Shown: piece by piece, positions 56,988 through 64,000 of the stretch
How positions within the stretch are numbered: the stretch's first letter is position 1
Layout of the letters: every line of letters begins with the position of its first letter
Made by a program: the position numbers and the translations under genes
Origin: an uncultured Pelagibacteraceae bacterium
GTDB lineage: Bacteria > Pseudomonadota > Alphaproteobacteria > Pelagibacterales > AG-422-B15
Length of the DNA: 64,000 nucleotides
Direction: 5' to 3'
NCBI GenBank assembly: GCA_902523535.1
Contig: CABYZQ010000005.1
Span: 5,012-69,011, forward strand
Notes under the pieces: model-generated
Database searches by the model: none
The model's input: the letters and a program-made list of their open reading frames with translations, nothing else
Told to the model about the DNA's origin: nothing

Positions 56988-57809
56988 TTATTGGGGGGAA
57001 TTCTCAATTGTCTGAACACTTATTTCTAAGTTTTCATTGCTATTTCCATAATAAACACCTCTGATTGGAGCTGCAAAACTTGCATCAAGTCCACAAGAAA
57101 CTCTGATGTATCTCTCATCTGGGGAGCAGCGATTTGTAGGATCAAATCCAACCCAACCAAGATCATTTACATAAACTTCAGCCCAGGCATGAGTTGCTTG
57201 AAATTCAGAATCATTTTCGTTTTTGTGCATATAGCCGCTTACATATCTTGAGGGTAAACCAATTGATTTAGCAGCAGAGATCATGATATGAGCCTGGTCT
57301 TGACACACTCCTTTTTTTTGTTCCATGGCCATTGCAGCAGTAGTTTGTGTATTTGTAGTATATGGAACATAATCAATTTTTTCAGAAACAAGTCCAAGAA
57401 TGTTATGTGCCATTTTTAAAATTTCGTCATCGCTACAGGTCTTTCTTGCCTCTAAACCAAGCTCATAAATATCACTGTTAGGCTGAGTAAGTCTTGTATT
57501 TCTCATGTAAACCAAAGGATTAATTTTATCATTAGTACTTTTGTAAATACCATCAGTATTAAATGTCTCCACAATCCCTTTCACAAGAAAGTAAACATTA
57601 GTTTCTTTCTCTTCACTTTTAAAATTAACAACATTGTTTCCTTCTGCATCTCTAAAGATATCACCACCCTTCTTTTCATTTCTTGTAACCTCCCAATCAA
57701 TGATTTTTAAACCATTGTATGAAGAAGGTATAAGTTTAGTGGTTTGAATTAATCCTAAAAGATTATCATCATAGTGGTAATTTGTTGAATGATTAACAGT
57801 GAGGTGCAT
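56988..57809 (-). CDS. Bacterial transglutaminase-like protein
   Basis: H.T.Y.Y N-domain; GVCQD.AH (Cys), THAWAE (His), GFDPTN (Asp). Confidence 0.92.
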   Translation of the reverse strand: MHLTVNHSTNYHYDDNLLGLIQTTKLIPSSYNGLKIIDWEVTRNEKKGGDIFRDAEGNNVVNFKSEEKETNVYFLVKGIVETFNTDGIYKSTNDKINPLVYMRNTRLTQPNSDIYELGLEARKTCSDDEILKMAHNILGLVSEKIDYVPYTTNTQTTAAMAMEQKKGVCQDQAHIMISAAKSIGLPSRYVSGYMHKNENDSEFQATHAWAEVYVNDLGWVGFDPTNRCSPDERYIRVSCGLDASFAAPIRGVYYGNSNENLEISVQTIENSPQ

Positions 57810-57810
57810 A

Positions 57811-58746
57811 TTATCTAAAAAAATGTGATTGAATTTGATTATCTAAAAACGATATTTTGGAAACAAAATTAGTTACATACTCATGCAATCCAAAACTTAT
57901 TATCGTGTCAACAGTTTCTGTTTTGACTGAGTCATGAACGTCTTTCAGTCCCATATATATATCTGTGATTTTTTCTGGACTGCATTTTAGACTATTTAAA
58001 TGATAGACAATATTATTAATACAGAAACTAAGCGACCTTGAGCAGTCATTGTTGAGTATAAAAAAATGAGCAATTTTAGTTGATGTTACGTCTCCATCAT
58101 AAGCCCAACGAAATGCCCTAAAAGAGGATAATGACCTCAAAAGTATAATCCATTGTAAATTATCAAGATTACCTCCAATGTAATCAGCTGTTGGCAAAAG
58201 AACAAAATACTTTACATCAAGTAATCTTGCTGAATTATCTGCTCTTTCAATGAATGTTCCGAGAAATATAAAATGATAACCATCATTCCTAAGAAGTGAA
58301 TTTGCTGATCCTCGAAACATATTTACCTGTTGTATTGTCCACTCCGTAAAGTTTGGCAAGTCTGATCGAGAATATTTATTTTTCTTAAATCCAATCATTT
58401 CTTGATAGGACTTATTTATGGCCACCCAAGCCTCAGGTGTAAAAGCTGTTCGTACAACTAAAGCGTTGTTTCTTGCTTTTAAAATACAGCTGTAAACCGA
58501 AGATGGGTTATCCTCGTCAAAAAAAAGATAATCCTCTACATTCTCTTGATTAATTTCATTATATTTTTGAAAATATCCTTGAGAAGCCCCTGCAGCTGAT
58601 AAAACAGAGTCCCATTCATTATGATACCCTTTTGGGTTTGGAAATAGTGACATTCGATACCCCACGTCTAATAGACGCGCCATTGTTTCGGCCCTTTCCA
58701 TGTATCTACTTATCCAATATAAATTCTCTGCAGTTCTACTTAACAT
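57811..58746 (-). CDS. Alpha-E domain protein (DUF403)
   Basis: MLSRTA..LYW..RY.ERAE and second ERAD motif; RLLDVKY. Confidence 0.92.
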   Translation of the reverse strand: MLSRTAENLYWISRYMERAETMARLLDVGYRMSLFPNPKGYHNEWDSVLSAAGASQGYFQKYNEINQENVEDYLFFDEDNPSSVYSCILKARNNALVVRTAFTPEAWVAINKSYQEMIGFKKNKYSRSDLPNFTEWTIQQVNMFRGSANSLLRNDGYHFIFLGTFIERADNSARLLDVKYFVLLPTADYIGGNLDNLQWIILLRSLSSFRAFRWAYDGDVTSTKIAHFFILNNDCSRSLSFCINNIVYHLNSLKCSPEKITDIYMGLKDVHDSVKTETVDTIISFGLHEYVTNFVSKISFLDNQIQSHFFR

Positions 58747-58751
58747 CTTAA

Positions 58752-60158
58752 TTAATCAGCAAGAACCCAAGTGTCCTTGACGCCTCCCCCCTGTGATGAA
58801 TTTACAACGTATGATCCTTTATTAAGCGCAACTCTTGTGAGGCCACCTGGGCATAGTTGAGCTTGCTTACCTATTAAACAGTATGGTCTCAAGTCAACAC
58901 GTCTTCCGGTTATTTCATTATCAATGAGAGTAGGCGATGACGAAAGATCCAAAGTCGGTTGGGCAATATAGCCTTTTGGGTTATTTTTTAATTTAAGGGA
59001 GAATTGCTCAATGGTTTTTTCTGTCGATTTTGGACCGATTAACATCCCATAGCCACCAGAGCCATCAACCTCTTTAACAACAAGATTTTTAATATTTTCT
59101 AAAACATATTTTAATTCATCGTCTTTTTCGCATCTCCAGGTCTCAACATTTTCAAGAATAGGCATCTCACCTAAATAAAATTTTATCATTTCAGGAACAT
59201 AAATATAAATAGCTTTATCGTCTGCAACGCCACAGCCTGGTGCAGAACAAATATTAACTCCTCCAGTTCGATATGCGTGAATTATACCTGGTACACCAAT
59301 AACTGAATCAGCGTTATAAAATAGAGGATCTATATAATTGTCATCAATGCGTCGATATATAACATCAACTTTTTTTGGACCGTCAACAGTTTTCATGTAA
59401 ACAAGATCGTTTTCCACATAAAGGTCACTGGCCTCGACCATCTCTATTCCCATTTGATCAGATAGAAAAGTATGTTCATAATAAGCACTATTCAAATGTC
59501 CAGGTGTTAAGAGTACAACTGTGGGAATGGAGCTATCACATTTCTTAGGAGCTAAACTCATTAGGGTTTGCAGCAGTCTTGTGGGATAATCATCGACTCT
59601 TTGAACACGGTTTGAATGAAACAAATCAGGAAACATTTTCATCATAATTTCCCTGTTCTCCAACATGTATGATACACCTGAAGGTGTTCGACAATTATCT
59701 TCCAGAACGTAAAATTGATCTCTTCCAGTTCTTACTAAATCAACTCCTACAATGGGACTGTATATTTTACGCGGCGGGGAAAAACCTACCATTGATTGGT
59801 CAAACGATGCTTTCTTATAAACAATTTCTTCAGGAATTATCTTTGCTTTAAAAATTTCTCCACTGCTATAAATATCTGCTAAGAATGCATTGAGAGCTTT
59901 GGTTCTTTGGATGACACCTTTCTCAATTTTAGACCATTCATGGTTAGTTAATATTCTGGGTATTAAGTCAAAGGGAATGATTCTTTCTGACATTGAATCA
60001 TCTTGAACTGAAAATGTTATCCCTATTCTTTTAAAATGACTTTCAGCTTCTACATTTTTTTTACTTATAGCTGTAGAAGACATGGTTCTTAGCCATGAAT
60101 TAACATTTAGGTAGTGTTCTCTTATCTCAGCGTTATCGCTGTACATTTCATCAAACAT
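58752..60158 (-). CDS. Circularly permuted type 2 ATP-grasp protein (DUF404/DUF407)
   Basis: FDEM, IPFDLIPR, VLEDN.RTPSGVSY, VDVIYRR, GSGGYG, VNSSQGGG.KDTWV; start at MFDEM (60158) preferred. Confidence 0.93.
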   Translation of the reverse strand: MFDEMYSDNAEIREHYLNVNSWLRTMSSTAISKKNVEAESHFKRIGITFSVQDDSMSERIIPFDLIPRILTNHEWSKIEKGVIQRTKALNAFLADIYSSGEIFKAKIIPEEIVYKKASFDQSMVGFSPPRKIYSPIVGVDLVRTGRDQFYVLEDNCRTPSGVSYMLENREIMMKMFPDLFHSNRVQRVDDYPTRLLQTLMSLAPKKCDSSIPTVVLLTPGHLNSAYYEHTFLSDQMGIEMVEASDLYVENDLVYMKTVDGPKKVDVIYRRIDDNYIDPLFYNADSVIGVPGIIHAYRTGGVNICSAPGCGVADDKAIYIYVPEMIKFYLGEMPILENVETWRCEKDDELKYVLENIKNLVVKEVDGSGGYGMLIGPKSTEKTIEQFSLKLKNNPKGYIAQPTLDLSSSPTLIDNEITGRRVDLRPYCLIGKQAQLCPGGLTRVALNKGSYVVNSSQGGGVKDTWVLAD

Positions 60159-60262
60159 GCAGACAACATACATAAACAGTGCAATTATTTAATTTTATGC
60201 AATTGCCAAATTGACAGATTAATTTTCTATTTAAGGTTAAAAAATTTGAGTAAGAACATTTT

Positions 60263-60364
60263 ATGAAAAAAAAATTAGTAAAAAGCTTTAATTTTTCCCT
60301 TAAATATTTTCCTGGGTTCATCGTTGTATACTTCATTTTCCTTATTTTTGGGGCGATTCTGTAG
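60263..60364 (+). CDS. Putative 33-aa single-TM micro-protein
   Basis: Manual translation MKKKLVKSFNFSLKYFPGFIVVYFIFLIFGAIL*. Confidence 0.5.
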   Translation: MKKKLVKSFNFSLKYFPGFIVVYFIFLIFGAIL

Positions 60365-60370
60365 GTTTTT

Positions 60371-60457
60371 ATGTTTGGAACGAAATGGAACTTCAACCCC
60401 TCACCCGTCAAGTTAGATATTGCATTAACCATTATGTTGATGCTGCTTGTTGTATAA
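60371..60457 (+). CDS. Putative 28-aa single-TM micro-protein
   Basis: Manual translation MFGTKWNFNPSPVKLDIALTIMLMLLVV*; AGGT before the ATG, 6 nt after the previous stop. Confidence 0.45.
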   Translation: MFGTKWNFNPSPVKLDIALTIMLMLLVV

Positions 60458-60485
60458 CATTCTAAAAATAAGGTCTTTTGGTATA

Positions 60486-60902
60486 ATGAGATCAAAAAAA
60501 ATCATCGTCACTGATAAGTATATTGATCAAAATGGCCATGTTGGTGAAGCTGGATATCTATCCATGGCTATTGACGCATTGTGGGAGTTTAATAAAGAAA
60601 TTGGGCTTTCAAAAAAATACTTAGAAACTTCATGTGCACCAGTAACGTTTTCAACTCAAATCGATTATCAAAATGAAGTATTTCAGAAAGAAGAAATAGA
60701 ATTTAGATTAGAAAATATTGGACAGCCTGATGACGAAAGAAAATGGGTTAGGCAAATACGATTATTCAAAAAATCAGGTGATTTAGCTGTCAAAATAGTC
60801 GCACATGGAGCATGGTTTAATTTAAGTTCAAGAAAAGTTATTGCACCACCCAAAGAATTAAAAAATCTTTTTGAGGAATTTATTGGCGATCCAATTCAAT
60901 AA
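60486..60902 (+). CDS. Hotdog-fold acyl-CoA thioesterase (4HBT-like)
   Basis: ID.NGHV...Y, I.Y..EV, W.NL..RK...PP; ATG at 60486. Confidence 0.8.
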   Translation: MRSKKIIVTDKYIDQNGHVGEAGYLSMAIDALWEFNKEIGLSKKYLETSCAPVTFSTQIDYQNEVFQKEEIEFRLENIGQPDDERKWVRQIRLFKKSGDLAVKIVAHGAWFNLSSRKVIAPPKELKNLFEEFIGDPIQ

Positions 60903-60907
60903 AGTAT

Positions 60908-62053
60908 TTAAGCAAAATACTTCTTCAATATAAGTAGATAAACATCTTTTAGATTATGAATATCATGTGTATTCACATTTTCATCAATTTGATGAGCTGT
61001 TTCACCAATCAGACCAAACTCTGCTACTTCACAATAATCTTTAAAGAACCGAGCATCAGATGTTCCACCGGTAGTTGTTAAAGCAGAATTCATACCAGTA
61101 ATTTCATCAACTGAGCTTTTTACAATGTTCGTAAACTTTCCTTTTTGTGTAAGAAAGGGTTCTGCAGAGTTATTGAAACTAATATCAATTTTGTATTTAC
61201 CGTCCTCATTACTTTTCGAAATAATTTCCTGTATCATTGACTGAAGACTGTCTTTAGTATGATTAATATTATATCGAATATTAAATACACCAGTTGCAGT
61301 TTGCGGAACAACATTTGTTGCTCCTTGACTTGAAGAGATATTAACAATCTCCATGTTTGAAGGTGGAAAATCTTCTGTTCCTTGATCCAGTTCTAAATTG
61401 CACAGCGCATCCAGAATAGATGTCAAAGGGTTAATTGGATTTAGTGTCCATTCTGGATAGGCAACATGACCTTGTTTTCCAGATACTTTAATAGTTGTGG
61501 TTAGACTTCCTCGTCTCCCAATTTTTATCATTTCTCCTAATTTTCTAGGACATGTCGGTTCACCAACTAGACAACTATCAATTTTTTCACCATTTTTATA
61601 AATTTCCTCTAATACTTTCTTAGTACCATTTATAGCTGGCCCTTCTTCATCATTAGTAATTAGAAGACTTATAGTACCCTTGAGTTCATTATTCTTAATA
61701 TATTCTTTCACAGCACAAACAAATGCAGCAATGGCAGACTTCATGTCGCTTGCACCTCGTCCGTATACTTTTCCATCTTTTTCTGTCGCATTAAATGGGT
61801 CAAAGCTCCAAACGTCAATGTCACCGACTGGGACAACATCTGTATGTCCACCGAAACAGATATGAGGTGCGCCACTTCCAATTTTAGCAAAGAGATTATC
61901 TACATCAGGCGTATTACTTTCGCTAAATAGATATCGCCTGCAATCAAAACCAATGTTTGATAGCTCCTTTTCAAGCAAATCTAATACGCCGTCATTATTA
62001 GGGGTCACGCTCTGACATGATATCAGCGCCTTCGTTAATTCGATAACTTCCAT
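60908..62053 (-). CDS. dapE: Succinyl-diaminopimelate desuccinylase
   Basis: GHTDVVP, GRGA.DMK, DEEG, GEPT, GRRGS, QGHVAYP, TGGTSDARF. Confidence 0.97.
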   Translation of the reverse strand: MEVIELTKALISCQSVTPNNDGVLDLLEKELSNIGFDCRRYLFSESNTPDVDNLFAKIGSGAPHICFGGHTDVVPVGDIDVWSFDPFNATEKDGKVYGRGASDMKSAIAAFVCAVKEYIKNNELKGTISLLITNDEEGPAINGTKKVLEEIYKNGEKIDSCLVGEPTCPRKLGEMIKIGRRGSLTTTIKVSGKQGHVAYPEWTLNPINPLTSILDALCNLELDQGTEDFPPSNMEIVNISSSQGATNVVPQTATGVFNIRYNINHTKDSLQSMIQEIISKSNEDGKYKIDISFNNSAEPFLTQKGKFTNIVKSSVDEITGMNSALTTTGGTSDARFFKDYCEVAEFGLIGETAHQIDENVNTHDIHNLKDVYLLILKKYFA

Positions 62054-62059
62054 AATACT

Positions 62060-62884
62060 TTACTCTCTTAAAAGATCATTAATGGAGGTTTTTTTTCTTG
62101 TATTTTCATCAACTGTCTTAACAATGACTACACAATAAAGACTTGGTTTTGTTGGATCTTCATTTGGCATTGTCCCAGGAACAACGACAGAGTATGCAGG
62201 AACTTCACCATACAGTATTTCACCAGTTGCACGATTAACTATTTTTGTGGAGGCACCGAGATAAACACCCATAGACAAAACTGATCCTTCTCGAACAATA
62301 ACACCCTCTGCAACCTCGGCTCGAGCGCCTACAAAACAATTATCTTCAATTATTACTGGATTTGCTTGTAGAGGTTCAAGGACACCGCCGATGCCAACCC
62401 CCCCAGAAAGATGACAATTCTTGCCGATCTGTGCGCATGAACCTACTGTTGCCCATGTATCAACCATGGTTCCTTCGTCAATATAGGCACCAATGTTTAC
62501 AAATGAAGGCATCAAGACAACTCCCTTACCAATAAAAGAACCCTCTCTTACTGTACCATTGGGTACGTGTCGATAACCTGCCTCTTTCCATTGATTTTCA
62601 TCCCAATCGACAGTTTTACCTTTAACTTTATCAAACCATGTTGTGTAGGGTCCTCTAAGGATTGTATTTTCATTGATCCTGAATGAAATAAGTACAGCTT
62701 TTTTTAGCCATTGATTGACAGTCCATTGATTATCAACTTTTTCAGCTATTCGTAGTTCACCGCTATCAAGTTTTTTAATTACTTGATCTACTACTTGAGT
62801 AACGTCTGTATCACTTGGTGATAAGTTTGCTATATTCTCCCAAGCGTTTTCGATCCTTTCTTTTAATTTTTGATTTTCACTCAT
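62060..62884 (-). CDS. dapD: Tetrahydrodipicolinate N-succinyltransferase
   Basis: [38 protein letters not shown]. Confidence 0.98.
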   Translation of the reverse strand: MSENQKLKERIENAWENIANLSPSDTDVTQVVDQVIKKLDSGELRIAEKVDNQWTVNQWLKKAVLISFRINENTILRGPYTTWFDKVKGKTVDWDENQWKEAGYRHVPNGTVREGSFIGKGVVLMPSFVNIGAYIDEGTMVDTWATVGSCAQIGKNCHLSGGVGIGGVLEPLQANPVIIEDNCFVGARAEVAEGVIVREGSVLSMGVYLGASTKIVNRATGEILYGEVPAYSVVVPGTMPNEDPTKPSLYCVVIVKTVDENTRKKTSINDLLRE

Positions 62885-62888
62885 AAGT

Positions 62889-63776
62889 TTACTTTTTTAT
62901 TAATGTTCCAGCTCCTTGTGTCGTTAGAAGTTCCATGGCAACAGCATTTTGTTTTCTTCCATCAATTAAGGCAACTCCTTTTGCGCCATTTTTCAAGGTA
63001 TTAAAGCATGCTTTTATTTTAGGTATCATACCGCTTTTTATAGTGCCTTTTTTTATGTATTGAAATGCTTTTTTACGGTCTAGCTCTGTTATCAATTTCT
63101 TATTGTTATCCAGCACTCCTGCTACATCCGTTAAAAGCAATAACCTCTCAGCTTTTAGTGACTCCGCAATATAAGCGGCTGCTGTATCTGCATTAATATT
63201 AAGAGTATTATTATTTGCATCGACTCCTAGAGGGGCGATTATAGGAATATGATTACTTTTAAGAGCTTTCATTATTATATTTTTATCAATACCTCTTGGC
63301 TCCCCCACGAAACCAATATTGCCATTCATAGCAATCTTTGCCTTAAGCACTTTAGTGCTTACTCCATTTAATCTTTTTGTCTTACCTCCATTTTTTTTGA
63401 TTTCATCAGATATTAGTTTATTCAAATCATGAGACAAAATTCTTTTTACAACTCCAAGCACACTTTTCGTAGTTACTCTTAATCCCTGATACTCTTCATT
63501 ATTAATTTTTCTTTTTTTCAATTCTTTTTCTATTTGAGGACCTCCACCGTGTACCACAATAACCTTAATACCCAACTGATTTAACAAGGATATGTTTTTT
63601 GCAAATGATTCTAAAAGTGCAGGTTTAGTTAAAGCGTATCCTCCATACTTAATAACGATAATTTTATTATTATACTTTTTTATAAAAGATAAAGTTTTGG
63701 CATGAAATTTTTTACCAGTTGCCCAATACTTTGCTAAAAGCTGTTTGCTTTCAGGCTGTTTATTTTGAAGAGACAT
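62889..63776 (-). CDS. argB: Acetylglutamate kinase
   Basis: [32 protein letters not shown]. Confidence 0.96.
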   Translation of the reverse strand: MSLQNKQPESKQLLAKYWATGKKFHAKTLSFIKKYNNKIIVIKYGGYALTKPALLESFAKNISLLNQLGIKVIVVHGGGPQIEKELKKRKINNEEYQGLRVTTKSVLGVVKRILSHDLNKLISDEIKKNGGKTKRLNGVSTKVLKAKIAMNGNIGFVGEPRGIDKNIIMKALKSNHIPIIAPLGVDANNNTLNINADTAAAYIAESLKAERLLLLTDVAGVLDNNKKLITELDRKKAFQYIKKGTIKSGMIPKIKACFNTLKNGAKGVALIDGRKQNAVAMELLTTQGAGTLIKK

Positions 63777-63780
63777 TTTA

Positions 63781-64000
63781 TTAATTTGTTTTTATCGTGG
63801 TTCTTTTAGTAATAATCCACTGCTGAATGATTGAAAGAACGTTATTCGTAGTCCAATAAATCACTAATCCTGCTGCAAATTGTGCCAATAAGACTGTTAT
63901 GAAAAATGGAAAAAACATAAATATTCTCGCTTGAATTGGATCAGGCGGTGCTGGATTCAATTTTTGTTGAATGTACATGGTTACTCCCATTAACACTGGC
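63781..64000 (-). CDS. yidC: Membrane protein insertase YidC, 3' end (runs off the window end)
   Basis: [28 protein letters not shown]. Confidence 0.95.
   Translation of the reverse strand, partial: PVLMGVTMYIQQKLNPAPPDPIQARIFMFFPFFITVLLAQFAAGLVIYWTTNNVLSIIQQWIITKRTTIKTN

Noticed and set aside
60151-60495. 114-aa minus-strand ORF upstream of the ATP-grasp gene
   Set aside because: Overlaps both flanking genes, lacks motifs and is antisense to two more protein-like micro-ORFs; not fully excluded

Overview
A 64 kb, AT-rich, tightly packed stretch of an alphaproteobacterial chromosome with streamlined marine features (SAR11/HIMB59-like; inferred from gene content, minimal spacers and protein motifs). 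Most of it is core genome: accD-trpABF-pyrF-ihfB-rpsA-cmk-aroA, lptBAC-kdsD-rnd, gltDB-queG, thrS-infC-rpmI-rplT-pheST-lepA, ffs-dnaX-ybaB-recR, def-fmt-truA and dapED-argB-yidC, plus tRNA-Ala(GGC) and tRNA-Ser(GGA). An accessory-looking block follows tRNA-Ser (about 34.4-47.8 kb) and a small islet lies between truA and dapE. I saw no CRISPR, transposase, integrase or phage genes. The main leads are: (1) a tryptophan synthase with many normally invariant catalytic and allosteric residues replaced in both subunits; (2) an unannotated ~105-nt GC-rich structured RNA with repeated UUCG hairpins, next to a DnaA box, a CtrA-type box and an AT-rich tract; (3) a type-1 copper cupredoxin/beta-helix lipoprotein with a small membrane partner; (4) a circularly permuted ATP-grasp/alpha-E/transglutaminase operon without an Anbu peptidase, divergent from two unannotated membrane micro-ORFs. 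All family calls come from motif recognition by eye; no searches were run.
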